DNA of 63,984 nt, filler included, from Nemertoderma westbladi (Eukaryota; Animalia; Xenacoelomorpha): the NCBI GenBank assembly GCA_032718475.1. It is 3 parts of 3 records of this genome, joined end to end, with 100 filler letters (N's around TTAATTAATTAA, not from the genome) between each part and the next. Parts side by side here need not be neighbours in the genome. Positions count along the whole stretch, not along the records: positions 32,096 to 58,051 come from JAUCBJ010005135.1; 2 more parts are not named here. The stretch is one strand, 5' to 3'. Under the pieces are notes generated by a model. It made no database searches. It saw nothing but the letters and a program-made list of their open reading frames with translations, and was not told the origin of the DNA. The translations under genes were made by a program, and so were the position numbers. Position 1 is the first letter of the stretch. Each line of letters starts with the position of its first letter. Shown piece after piece: positions 39,101-52,795 of the stretch.

Positions 39101-42100
39101 ATTGCAACCCTGGTATATCTACTCACATTGCAACCCTGGTCTATCTACTCACATTGCAACCCTGGTCTATCTACTCATATTGCAACCCTGGTCTATCTAC
39201 TCACATTGCAACCCTGGTCTATCTACTCACATTGCAACCCTGGTCTATCTACTCACATTGCAACCCTGGCCTATCTACTCACATTGCAACCCTGGTCTAT
39301 CTACTCACAGTGCAACCCTGGTATATCTACTCACATTGCAACCCTGGTCTATCTACTCACATTGCAACCCTGGTCTATCTACTCACAGTGCAACCCTGGT
39401 ATATCTACTCACATTGCAACCCTGGTATATCTACTCACATTGCAACCCTGGTCTATCTACTCACATTGCAACCCTGGCCTATCTACTCACATTGCAACCC
39501 TGGTCTATCTACTCACATTGCAACCCTGGCCTATCTACTCACATTGCAACCCTGGTCTATCTACTCACATTGCAACCCTGGTCTATCTACTCACAGTGCA
39601 ACCCTGGTATATCTACTCACATTGCAACCCTGGTCTATCTACTCACATTGCAACCCTGGTCTATCTACTCATATTGCAACCCTGGTCTATCTACTCACAT
39701 TGCAACCCTGGTCTATCTACTCACATTGCAACCCTGGTCTATCTACTCACAGTGCAACCCTGGTATATCTACTCACATTGCAACCCTGGTATATCTACTC
39801 ACATTGCAACCCTGGTCTATCAACTCACACTGCAACCCCCGCCTATCAAATCACACTGCAACCCTGTATCTACTCACATTGCAACCCTGGCCTATCTACT
39901 CACACTGCAACCCTGTATCTACTCAGATTGCAAACCTGGCCTATCTACTCACACTGCAACCCTGGCCTATCTACTCACATTACAACCCTGGTTTATATAC
40001 TCACATTGCAACCCTGGTCTATCAACTCACACTGCAACCCCCGCCTATCAACTCACACTGCAACAGCTGTATCTACTCACATTGCAACCCTGGCCTATCT
40101 ACTCACACTGCAACCCTGGTCTATCTACTCACATTGCAACCCTGGTCTATCTACTCACATTGCAACCCTGGCCTATCTACTCACACTGCAACCCTGGTCT
40201 ATCTACTCACATTGCAACCCTGGCCTATCTACTCACATTGCAACCCTGGTCTATCTACTCACATTGCAACCCTGGCCTATTTACTCACATTACAACCCTG
40301 GTTTATATACTCACATTGCAACCCTGGTCTATCAACTCACACTGCAACCCTGTATCTACTCACATTGCAACCCTGGCCTATTTAGTCACACTGCAACCCT
40401 GGTCTATCTACTCACATTGCAACCCTGGCCTATCTACTCACATTGCAACCCTGGTCTATCTCCTCACATTGCAACCCTGGCCTATCTACTCACATTGCAA
40501 CCCTGGTCTATCTATCTACTCACATTGCAACCCTGGTCTATCTACTCACATTGCAACCCTGGTCTATCTACTCACATTGCAACCCTGGCCTATTTACTCA
40601 CATTACAACCCTGGCCTATCTACTCACATTGCAACCCTGGCCTATCTACTCACATTGCAACCCTGGCCTATCTACTCACATTTCAACCCTGGCCTATCTA
40701 CTCACATTGCAACCTTGGTCTATCTACTCACATTGCAACCCTGGCCTATCTACTCACATTGCAACCCTGGTCTATCTACTCACATTACAACCCTGGTTTA
40801 TATACTCACATTGCAACCCTGGTCTATCTACTCACATTGCAACCCTGGTCTATCTACTCACATTGCAACCCTGGTCTATCTACTCACATTGCAACCCTGG
40901 CCTATTTACTCACATTACAACCCTGGCTTATATACTCACATTGCAACCCTGGTCTATCTACTCACACTGCAACCCTGGTCTATCTACTCACATTGCAACC
41001 ATGGCCTATCTACTCACATTGCAACCCTGGTCTATCTACTCACATTGCAACCCTGGCCTATCTACTCACATTGCAACCCTGGTCTATCTACTCACATTGC
41101 AGCCCTGGTCTATCTACTCACATTGCAACCCTGGTCTATCTACTCACATTGAAACCCTGGCCTATTTACTCACATTACAACCCTGGTTTATATACTCACA
41201 TTGCAACCCTGGCCTATCTACTCACATTGCAACCCTGGCCTATCTACTCACATTTCAACCCTGGCCTATCTACTCACATTGCAACCCTGGTCTATCTACT
41301 CACATTGCAACCCTGGCCTATCTACTCACATTGCAACCCTGGTCTATCTATTCACATTGCAACCCTGGTCTATCTACTCACATTGCAACCCTGGCCTATT
41401 TACTCACATTACAACCCTGGTTTATATACTCACATTGCAACCCTGTATCTACTCACATTGCAACCCTGGCCTATCTACTCACAGTGCAACCCTGGTCTAT
41501 CTATTCACATTGCAACCCTGGTCTATCTACTCACATTGCAACCCTGTATCTACTCACATTGCAACCCTGGTCTATCTACTCACATTGCAACCCTGGTCTA
41601 TCTACTCACATTGCAACCCTGATCTATCTACTCACATTGCAACCCTGGTCTATCTACTCACATTGCAACCCTGGTCTATCTACTCACATTGCAACCCTGG
41701 CCTATCTACTCACATTGCAACCCTGGTCTATCTACTCACATTGCAACCCTGGCCTATCTACTCACATTGCAACCCTGGTCTATCTACTCACATTGCAACC
41801 CTGGTCTATCTACTCACAGTGCAACCCTGGTATATCTACTCACATTGCAACCCTGGTCTATCTACTCACATTGCAACCCTGGTCTATCTACTCATATTGC
41901 AACCCTGGTCTATCTACTCACATTGCAACCCTGGTCTATCTACTCACATTGCAACCCTGGTCTATCTACTCACAGTGCAACCCTGGTATATCTACTCACA
42001 TTGCAACCCTGGTATATCTACTCACATTGCAACCCTGGTCTATCTACTCACATTGCAACCCTGGTCTATCTACTCATATTGCAACCCTGGTCTATCTACT

Positions 42101-45100
42101 CACATTGCAACCCTGGTCTATCTACTCACATTGCAACCCTGGTCTATCTACTCACATTGCAACCCTGGCCTATCTACTCACATTGCAACCCTGGTCTATC
42201 TACTCACAGTGCAACCCTGGTATATCTACTCACATTGCAACCCTGGTCTATCTACTCACATTGCAACCCTGGTCTATCTACTCACAGTGCAACCCTGGTA
42301 TATCTACTCACATTGCAACCCTGGTATATCTACTCACATTGCAACCCTGGTCTATCTACTCACATTGCAACCCTGGCCTATCTACTCACATTGCAACCCT
42401 GGTCTATCTACTCACATTGCAACCCTGGCCTATCTACTCACATTGCAACCCTGGTCTATCTACTCACATTGCAACCCTGGTCTATCTACTCACAGTGCAA
42501 CCCTGGTATATCTACTCACATTGCAACCCTGGTCTATCTACTCACATTGCAACCCTGGTCTATCTACTCATATTGCAACCCTGGTCTATCTACTCACATT
42601 GCAACCCTGGTCTATCTACTCACATTGCAACCCTGGTCTATCTACTCACAGTGCAACCCTGGTATATCTACTCACATTGCAACCCTGGTATATCTACTCA
42701 CATTGCAACCCTGGTCTATCTACTCACATTGCAACCCTGGTCTATCTACTCATATTGCAACCCTGGTCTATCTACTCACATTGCAACCCTGGTCTATCTA
42801 CTCACATTGCAACCCTGGTCTATCTACTCACATTGCAACCCTGGCCTATCTACTCACATTGCAACCCTGGTCTATCTACTCACAGTGCAACCCTGGTATA
42901 TCTACTCACATTGCAACCCTGGTCTATCTACTCACATTGCAACCCTGGTCTATCTACTCACAGTGCAACCCTGGTATATCTACTCACATTGCAACCCTGG
43001 TATATCTACTCACATTGCAACCCTGGTCTATCTACTCACATTGCAACCCTGGTCTATCTACTCATATTGCAACCCTGGTCTATCTACTCACATTGCAACC
43101 CTGGTCTATCTACTCACATTGCAACCCTGGTCTATCTACTCACATTGCAACCCTGGCCTATCTACTCACATTGCAACCCTGGTCTATCTACTCACAGTGC
43201 AACCCTGGTATATCTACTCACATTGCAACCCTGGTCTATCTACTCACATTGCAACCCTGGTCTATCTATACTCACATTGCAACCCTGGTCTATCTACTCA
43301 CATTGCAACCCTGGCCTATCTACTCACATTGCAACCCTGGTCTATCTACTCACATTGCAACCCTGGCCTATCTACTCACATTGCAACCCTGGTCTATCTA
43401 CTCACATTGCAATCCTGGCCTATTTACTCACATTACAACCCTGGTTTATATACTCACATTGCAACCCTGGCCTATCTACTCACATTGCAACCCTGGTCTA
43501 TCTACTCACATTGCAACCCTGGTCTATCTACTCACATTGCAACCCTGGTCTATCTACTCACATTGCAACCCTGGTCTATCTACTCACATTGCAACCCTGG
43601 TCTATCTACTCACATTGCAGCCCTGTATCTACTCACATTGCAACCCTGGTCTATCTACTCACATTGCAACCCTGGTCTATCTACTCACATTGCAACCCTG
43701 GTCTATCTACTCACATTGCAACCCTGGTCTATCTACTCACATTGCAGCCCTGTATCTACTCACATTGCAACCCTGGTCTATCTACTCACATTGCAACCCT
43801 GGTCTATCTACTCACATTGCAACCCTGGTCTATCTACTCACATTGAAACCCTGGCCTATCTACTCACATTGCAACCCTGGCCTATCTACTCACATTGCAA
43901 CCCTGGTCTATCTACTCACATTGCAACCCTGGTCTATCTACTCACATTGCAACCCTGGTCTATCTACTCACATTGCAACCCTGGTCTATCTACTCACATT
44001 GCAACCCTGGTCTATCTACTCACATTGCAGCCCTGTATCTACTCACATTGCAACCCTGGTCTATCTACTCACATTGCAACCCTGGTCTATCTACTCACAT
44101 TGCAACCCTGATCTATCTACTCATATTGCAACCCTGGTCTATCTACTCACATTGCAACCCTGGTCTATCTACTCACATTGCAACCCTGGTCTATCTACTC
44201 ACATTGCAACCCTGGTCTATCTACTCACATTGCAACCCTGGTCTATCTACTCACATTGCAGCCCTGTATCTACTCACATTGCAACCCTGGTCTATCTACT
44301 CACATTGCAACCCTGGTCTATCTACTCACATTGCAACCCTGGTCTATCTACTCACATTGAAACCCTGGCCTATCTACTCACATTGCAACCCTGGCCTATC
44401 TACTCACATTGCAACCCTGGTCTATCTACTCACATTGCAACCATGGCCTATCTATACTCACATTGCAACCCTGGCCTATTTACTCACATTACAACCCTGG
44501 TTTATATACTCACATTGCAACCCTGGTCTATCAACTCACACTGCATCCCTGTATCTACTCACATTGCAACCCTGGTCTATCAACTCACACTGCAACCCTG
44601 TATCTACTCACATTGCAACCCTGGCCTATCTACTCACAGTGCAACCCTGGCCTATCAACTCACACTGCAACACTGGCCTATCTACTCACAGTGCAACCCT
44701 GGTATATCTACTCACATTGCAACCCTGGCCTATCTACTCACATTGCAACCCTGGCCTATCTACTCACATTGCAACCCTGGCCTATTTACTCACAGTGCAA
44801 CCCTGGTCTATCAACTCACATTGCAACCATGGTCTATCAACTCACACTGCAACCCTGGTCTATCTACTCACATTGCAACCCTGGCCTATCTACTCACACT
44901 GCAACCCTGGTCTATATACTCACATTGCAACCCTGGTCTATCAACTCACACTGCAACCCTGGCCTATCTACACACAGTGCAACCCTGGTCTATCAACTCA
45001 CATTGCAACCCTTGTCTATCAACTCACACTGCAACCCTGGTCTATCTACTCACATTGCAACCCTGGCCTATCTACTCACACTGCAACCCTGGCCTATCTA

Positions 45101-47842
45101 CTCACACTGCAACCCTGGTCTATCTACTCGCATTGCAACCCTGGTCTATCTACTCACATTGCAACCCTGTATCTACTCACATTGCAACCCTGGTCTATCT
45201 ACTCACATTGCAACCCTGGTCTATCTACTCACATTGCAACCCTGGCCTATCAACTCACACTGCAACCCTGTATCTACTCACATTGCAACCCAGGTTTATC
45301 TACTCGCATTGCAACCTTGGCCTATCTACTCACATTGCGACCCTGGTCTATCTACTCACATTGCAACCCTGGTCTATCTACTCACATTGCAACCCTAGCC
45401 TATCTACTCACACTGCAACCCTGTATCTACTCACATTGCAACCCTGGCCTATCTACTTACACTGCAACCCTGGTCTATCTACTCACAGTGCAACCCTGGT
45501 CTATCTACTCACATTGCAACCCTTCTCTATCTACTCACACTGCAACCCTGTATCTACTCACATTGCAACCCTGGTCTATCTACTCACAGTGCAACCCTGG
45601 TCTATCTACTCACATTGCAACCCTTCTCTATCTACTCACACTGCAACCCTGTATCTACTCACATTGCAACCCTGGCCTATCTACTCACAGTGCAACCCTG
45701 GTTTATCTACTCACACTGCAACCCTGGCCTATCTACTCACATTGCAACCCTGGCCTATCTACTCACATTGCAACCCTGGCCTATCATACTCACAGTGCAA
45801 CCCTGGTCTATCTACTCACATTGCAACCCTTCTCTATCTACTCACACTGCAATCCTGTATCTACTCACATTGCAACCCTGGCCTATCTACTCACAGTGCA
45901 ACCCTGGTTTATCTACTCACACTGCAACCCTGGCCTATCTACTCACATTGCAACCCTGGCCTATCTACTCACATTGCAACCCTGGCCTATCATACTCACA
46001 GTGCAACCCCGGTCTAGCTCTCACATTGCAACCCTGGCCTATCTACTCACAGTGCAACCCTGGTTTATCTACTCACACTGCAACCCTGGCCTATCTACTC
46101 ACATTGCAACCCTGGTCTATCTACTCACACTGCAACCCTGGCCTATCAACTCACATTGCAACCCTGGCCTATCATACTCACAGTGCAACCCTGGTCTATC
46201 TACTCACATTGCAACCCTTCTCTATCTACTCACACTGCAACCCTGTATCTACTCACATTGCAACCCTGGCCTATCTACTCACAGTGCAACCCTGGTTTAT
46301 CTACTCACACTGCAACCCTGGCCTATCTACTCACATTGCAACCCTGGCCTATCTACTCACATTGAAAACCCTGGCCTATCATACTCACAGTGCAACCCCG
46401 GTCTAGCTCTCACATTGCAACCCTGGCCCATCTACTCACAGTGCAACCCTGGTTTATCTACTCACACTGCAACCTTGGCCTATCTACTCACATTACAACC
46501 CTGGCCTATCTACTCACACTGCAACCCTGGTCTATCTACTCACATTGCAACCCTGGCCTATCTACTCACATTGCAACCCTGGTCTATCTACTCACACTGC
46601 AACCCTGGTCTATCTACTCACATTGCAACCCTAGCCTATCTACTCACACTGCAACCTTGTATCTACTCACATTGCAACCCTAGCCTATCTACTCACACTG
46701 CAACCCTGGCCTATCTACTCACACTGCAACCCTGTATCTACTCACATTGCAACCCTGGCCTATCTACTTACACTGCAACCCTGGTCTATCTACTCACAGT
46801 GCAACCCTGGTCTATCTACTCACATTGCAACCCTTCTCTATCTACTCACACTGCAACCCTGTATCTACTCACATTGCAACCCTGGTCTATCTACTCACAG
46901 TGCAACCCTGGTCTATCTACTCACATTGCAACCCTTCTCTATCTACTCACACTGCAACCCTGTATCTACTCACATTGCAACCCTGGCCTATCTACTCACA
47001 GTGCAACCCTGGTTTATCTACTCACACTGCAACCCTGGCCTATCTACTCACATTGCAAACCTGGCCTATCTACTCACAGTGCAACCCTGGCCTATCATAC
47101 TCACAGTGCAACCCTGGTCTATCTACTCACATTGCAACCCTTCTCTATCTACTCACACTGCAACCCTGTATCTACTCACATTGCAACCCTGGCCTATCTA
47201 CTCACATTGCAACCCTGGCCTATCTACTCACATTGCAACCCTGGCCTATTTACTCACATTGCAACCCTGGCCTATCATACTCACAGTGCAACCCCGGTCT
47301 AGCTCTCACATTGCAACCCTGGCCTATCTACTCACAGTGCAACCCTGGTTTATCTACTCACACTGCAACCCTGGCCTATCTACTCACATTGCAACCCTGG
47401 CCTATCTACTCACAGTGCAACCCTGGCCTATCATACTCACAGTGCAACCCTGGTCTATCTACTCACATTGCAACCCTTCTCTATCTACTCACACTGCAAC
47501 CCTGGCCTATCATACTCACAGTGCAACCCTGGTCTCTATCTACTCACACTGCAACCCTGGTCTATCAACTCACACTGCAACCCTGTATCTACTCACATTG
47601 CAACCCTGGCCTATCTACTCACATTGCAACCCTGGCCTATCTACTCACATTGCAACCCTGGCCTATTTACTCACATTGCAACCCTGGCCTATCATACTCA
47701 CAGTGCAACCCCGGTCTAGCTCTCACATTGCAACCCTGGCCTATCTACTCACACTGCAACCCTGGACTATCTACTCACATTGCAACCCTGGCCTATCTGC
47801 TCTATTATAACCCTGGACTATCTACTCACATTACAACCCTGG
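36163..47842. repeat. 11.7-kb minisatellite, 26-bp unit (~450 copies), filling a DGK intron
   Basis: Plus-strand unit ctcacattgcaaccctgg(t/c)ctatcta; on the minus strand CCAGGGTTGCAAT|GTGAGTAGATAGR, which is the exon end plus splice donor. Confidence 0.98.
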
Positions 47843-48057
47843 GCGATACGTATTCCGCTACGCAACCCGCTCTGAATCTGCCCCATATGAACGACTCCGT
47901 TAACACCAACTACCTCCAGGTAGCTGTCCCCGTGGGATGGTTTCCGAAACTTATCGTCTTTGTCGGTACCCCAGAGATCCGCACCAGATCCCCAGGATCC
48001 AATGTTGAGAATGATTAATCCCTCGATAGCCGGCATGTTGATAATGTTGTGGTCCAC
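47830..48057 (-). CDS. DGKQ: DGK theta-like exon (accessory domain)
   Basis: tag|VDHNIINMPAIEGLIILNIGSWGSGADLWG..LEVVGVNGVVHMGQIQSGLRSGIRIAQGCN|gtgagt; 228 bp. Confidence 0.93.
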
Positions 48058-48288
48058 CTAAAAATAACCAAAATAAATTTAAGGGGACGCCGTTAAAAAT
48101 CCATGCATTTATTTCACAATATGTTGCCAAAGGTGAATTTATCTCGAGATTGGATATTTGATTTTCAAATATTTGCCGTGAATGTCGCTGTGATTGTCTT
48201 TATGCGTTGAAGCAAAAAAAAGTTTTAACAATTACCAAAATTATAATAATATTTAGAAAAAAGCAGTTAATATAAAATCAAATCTAAC

Positions 48289-48382
48289 CTCTAATATAAT
48301 ATCGCGATGTAGATCCTTACAGGAACTCTGCTTATACATTTTCTTCATTCCTAACCGAAAGTAAACTCCTTTGTTATGTAAC
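48289..48382 (-). CDS. DGKQ: DGK theta-like exon
   Basis: tag|(R)LHNKGVYFRLGMKKMYKQSSCKDLHRDIILE|gttag; phases match the neighbouring exons. Confidence 0.9.
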
Positions 48383-48624
48383 CTAAAAATATACACAACG
48401 GTGCTATAAAATGAATGGAAAGTGCACCAATATCTGATCGGAACAAAGTCCCAGGATAACTATAACATATATATTTTAATTGCGACTTCGTCAACATGTT
48501 TCCAAATTGCAAAAATATAGATTCCCTGAGACCTTTAGTTTATCTTTATATGGTCAAAAATGGCGGTTTTTAAATGTTCGCTAGATGTACACTTTGTTAA
48601 ATTGTAAATCTTTGAGGGCTTTGT

Positions 48625-48860
48625 GGGGCGAGCGACGAAAGTAAGCGAGCTTAGCATACAAGTACCACTAACTCAATCGGTGTGTCTGTTGATCTGTTGT
48701 TCTGTCGTGTTCAATTTTAAACGTTAATAACTCAGCCAAATCTCGATGAAATCTATCCAAACTTGGTACATTATGTAGTCTAGCAAAAGTTTAGAAATTT
48801 TCCAGTTTAGAAATTTTCCAATTCCAATTTGAATTTGTGTGTGGCCTTCGAGAAGCTAAG
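48625..48860 (+). mobile_element. DINE/HINE-like repeat, second copy
   Basis: Motifs shared with 27330-27700. Confidence 0.45.
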
Positions 48861-49756
48861 ATAATAGCAGTCAATTAATTTAATTAAAATTAATTAAGTA
48901 GGTTGGGGTAAAAACAGCATTTTCAACATGATTTTAATGGAAATTAATTATTTTATAGTAAAAGATATAAATAATTATACTTAAAAATTATACAGCTGTA
49001 ATCCCCATACCCCATTCCATTATAGATTTTAATTAGTTCTTAAGTGACTTGCTTTAAGAAATGTGTCTTTAATTGATCTAAACGTAATTAAGTTAAAATG
49101 CATTCCATCACTCTCTACTTCCAGCTCCATCATTCCTTGGCATTTTTGATATTGCCTATTAGATGGGAACCAGTCCAATCATCTCCCCACTCAGCTTGTT
49201 TTATCTTGCAAAATGATTGGCTGAATTGAATCGTGATTCTTTAGAATATTTAGCTAAATAATTTCGTTGAGGTGTTGACATGATAAATTAATATTTCAGT
49301 ATCAATACTCGGCATAAGGTAAGTTGTAATATTTCTTAAAAATTGGGTTGCCTCCACACCTAAAATAATATATTACTTTTAAAACACAAATTTCCTGTTA
49401 ATACCTCTGCCTTTCATTAATCCTCTGTGCTCCTTCGGGTTGGGGTGGTGCAGATTAAGAGGGCGGTTGAAGCGAGGGAGGGAACTTTCCTCTCTTCTTT
49501 GATTTATTCTTATTGGCGGTTTGGTTAAATTTCTTATTTATTTATTTAAATTTCTTAAGTACCGATTTTGGGATAGAATTGCTCAATTTTAATCTGTATC
49601 TGATAACTGAGCCTCGTCCTGAGCGATGGCCCCACGAACGTGTACTGAGCTTATACGTACAGCTTTGCCGTCCCGGCGCCCAAGCTCGAACGGCTCCCAA
49701 CCCCATCCCCAACCCACCCCCCCCCCCCCCACCCCAATAATAACTATCATTCAGAC

Positions 49757-49966
49757 CTGCTGTTGAATTTCTCCGGTTTTTCTTCGCGTTTTAGATGGAA
49801 ACCGAGGCTGATATCCGCATCTATCCCGATCCCGAAGTAGTTGTTCATAACGAGAACATTTGGTATGTCTTCGTTGGTGAGAGACCCGCTGCGAGGGTTC
49901 GCTAAAGCTTTACGGTCCGCCTCGATTTGCAGTTGTTTCTCATCTTGTTGGAAAATTATAGTCCAT
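49757..49966 (-). CDS. DGKQ: DGK theta-like exon
   Basis: (R)[38 protein letters not shown](R); 210 bp, phase 2-2. Confidence 0.93.
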
Positions 49967-50106
49967 CTAAATAGAAGTAAAGAATATTGAGTCTCTCAAA
50001 CTGGTCCATTGCTTGTTGATAAGTAATTTATAATTATTTTTAGGTGACCTCTAGTATTGAATCCGATGTTGATGTTGTTGATAATTTCCAGTTAGATTTT
50101 AATAAA

Positions 50107-50375
50107 TGGCGAAGTTGGTAGAGCGCGAGCGTGGGACTTGGAATCTCTAGGTACCGAGTTCAATCCCCCCTTTCCGGTGAATTTTTTGTAGTAAGATTAG
50201 TAGTAAGCCATTCCAGGAGACAGTTCATCCGTTAGTAGACGCGGCCCTTTGCGCGATTTCGCGCTTGTCTGGTTTGTTCTGGGATGGACCCGTCGCTTGG
50301 CATTGTGGCTAAATCCTTTGTCTTTGAATTCTCACCTCTCCGGAGTTCGTGAGTTCGAATCCGGGAGGGGGCCAG
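50107..50375 (+). repeat. Two degenerate tRNA-derived (A/B box) modules, SINE-like, in an intron
   Basis: tggcgaagttggtagagcg...gagttcaatccc and tggcattgtggctaa...gagttcgaatcc; no full cloverleaf. Confidence 0.5.
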
Positions 50376-50429
50376 GAGGTACTTTTCCATTTTGACAATA
50401 ATTATGTAATCTAAGTTTTCCGCACTAAC

Positions 50430-50687
50430 CTATCTAACTGAGTCTCCTCGGATTTATCGGTCGCTTTGAGTATTTTATATACGTCGTCGCCCTCGCTCCA
50501 TCCTCCACCCCATCTGAGGACGCGGGATAGATCGTTACCCGTTCCCAACGGAAGCACTGCTATCGGGGGAGACACGCAGACAGACTCCTGGCCCACGTCG
50601 TCCAGACAACTCAGTACCCACCCCACAGTACCATCCCCACCGCACACCAGGATCCGGTACTTGGGAACCTTACGGAAGGTATATAAA
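50430..50687 (-). CDS. DGKQ: DGK theta-like exon (catalytic domain, ATP-binding GGDGT)
   Basis: [44 protein letters not shown](R); 258 bp. Confidence 0.95.
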
Positions 50688-50791
50688 CTGCGGGGAAGGA
50701 AATAAAATAAATGTAAATATAGTAAGTGTAAATGTTAGCCATTCTTGTTAGGATTAAAAAAATAAAATAAAAAATAATTGAATGCACATAC

Positions 50792-50943
50792 CCAGGGATG
50801 GGCCCTCCATTATCCAGATCGAAGACCTGATTTGTGTTGAGAAGTCGTCGGAACTGAGTGATAAGGTCGAGGCCCTGGCAGCCACCAGAGCGAACATTTA
50901 CGAACACTAACAGAGGAACATTGTTGGGTGGCAGCAATTCAGT
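50792..50943 (-). CDS. DGKQ: DGK theta-like exon (start of catalytic domain)
   Basis: [41 protein letters not shown](G)|gtatgt. Confidence 0.95.
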
Positions 50944-51371
50944 CTAACAAATAATAATAACAGTTCAATTAATTCGTTGTTTGTTGTGGTTTATTAGCAA
51001 ATATCATATTATTTACTAAAACACTTCAAACATAATTTTGTATGTTGTATTTTTTAATGTTAATGGGCACAAATAGCACCGATTCCAATTGAACGAGTGT
51101 CCAATAGTACCATTTACACATGGCCTTCAGAAAGACAGCAGGGTCCTAATTGCACAGACTAAAGCAAAGGATATGATCCCTTGCTTGCAAAACTCTGCCA
51201 TACGGCAGACTTTGCAATGTGTATGGTTTATATTACATCCACTATCCAGTTGGATATATAAACCATACGAATGTCAATAGCATAGGTTACAGATAAATAT
51301 TAAAAGCCTTAAAAAATATTACACAACGAAATGCAAACATGATAGCAGTATAAAAAAAATTGTTATAACTT

Positions 51372-51680
51372 TTTGTTGTGCACAGCTTTGCAAAGTTGGA
51401 AATTACGTCCAGGTGGGATCGAACTGGTGTCAGACCTCCGGGTTGGAAGTCTGACGCTCTAACCATTCAGCTGCATCTAGCGCCTCAGGTAAAAGATAGA
51501 CCTGAAAATACTATCTGATCTGATACCTTGTATGTACGCAATTTACCTCATCATGGCCTCCCATCTGTCAATACCATCATCTGCTGCCACTGTGCTCAAC
51601 CCTACTAGTGCATGTACTTGGCCGTCTTTAACCACTCGCTACAATGAAAGGGTAGTGTATATTAACCATGAACCATCACG
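51372..51680 (-). repeat. Dispersed repeat with a tRNA-like module, copy 2
   Basis: Homologous to 10124-10410; agctgaatggttagagcgtcagacttccaa...agttcgatccc. Confidence 0.75.
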
Positions 51681-51759
51681 GCCACAATGATTAATTGTAC
51701 ACTCTACTACAAATTTAAAATACCCATACCACCAATAATAAATTATAAAAAAATAGTGG

Positions 51760-52417
51760 CAGGGCCGTTTTAACAATTTCAAGACCCCTAGGCAGTTTAT
51801 TAGATTGAAAGTCCAAATGGGACGAAGGCGCGAAAGAGGCGCAGCTTCGTACAGTCAAAAAGTTAACTCATGTAACTGTGCTATTAACTCTAGTTTATTG
51901 TTTTGGTTAGAATAAGGTGCCACTGTAACATGATCCTTCTCCTTGATCTATCTATTTCGGAACTAATCGTGTTGGAACCCTAGGCTGGACCTTTGTAAAT
52001 TTTTCGTGGAGAAAATAGCACACTTTCTGAGCAGCCTATATACTACACAGGGACAGCTAGGGTATATAACAGGCCAGGCTATGAAAACAACTAGTCTACG
52101 CATATCGTTATACTGCCAATCCACTAATGGAGGAGCTCAGCGACGAAGCTAGCATATTGTCAAAACTAAATGGGTAAAACACTAGAGCTTACACCCCACA
52201 AACTAATAAAATACATAGGATCAAGATTTTGTCAAAAGGGGATCTTGAAGAAAATATTAAAGTAACGGAATTAATCGGGCTTTCGTAACAAAAAATAATT
52301 AACATAATTAATCCGAATTACCCATCCTCTCATCTCATCGGTTAATTTCAAGTTTAGGGCCGATTTCAAACCGGGGTGGTCAGAGTGCAATCTAGCCTAT
52401 GCGTTAAAGCGGCCCTA
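51760..52417. mobile_element. Possible hAT-type MITE
   Basis: Termini cagggccgttttaac / gttaaagcggcccta; no clear TSD. Confidence 0.45.
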
Positions 52418-52795
52418 GACACCCCGACTGCTGGCTTTGATTAGGTTGTGCAATATTAGGCCCACCTGAAGCATACTCAGTCTTTCCTTTTCGCTATTTT
52501 ACTTCGCAATATACCCCCATGTGGTTTTCACTGAAAACCAAGGCAGGTTACAGAAATGTTGAATTTAACCAAAACAATAAACGAATTAGTATGTACACGT
52601 GATAAGATATAAATAGCGCTATAAAACACGTCAAAAGGAAAAATTAAAAATTGTCATATATAAAATTCTAATACAATGTCAACCGAAAGGTAGGTGTAGA
52701 AACCTGGTTTCACATGGGAGCAATATTGGCAGTAAATCAATGAATATTAATTGCAATGTAGTTGAGACTTTGTAGATACATATTGTATTTATTAC

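Noticed and set aside
36169-48018. Giant plus-strand ORFs (up to 1817 aa, LLTLQPWSIYSHCNPG repeats)
   Set aside because: The 26-bp unit has no plus-strand stop codon, so all three frames are open and give the same peptide. The region is a DGK intron on the opposite strand.
50107-50375. Functional tRNA genes
   Set aside because: A and B boxes are present but the acceptor and anticodon stems do not pair, so they were treated as SINE-like.
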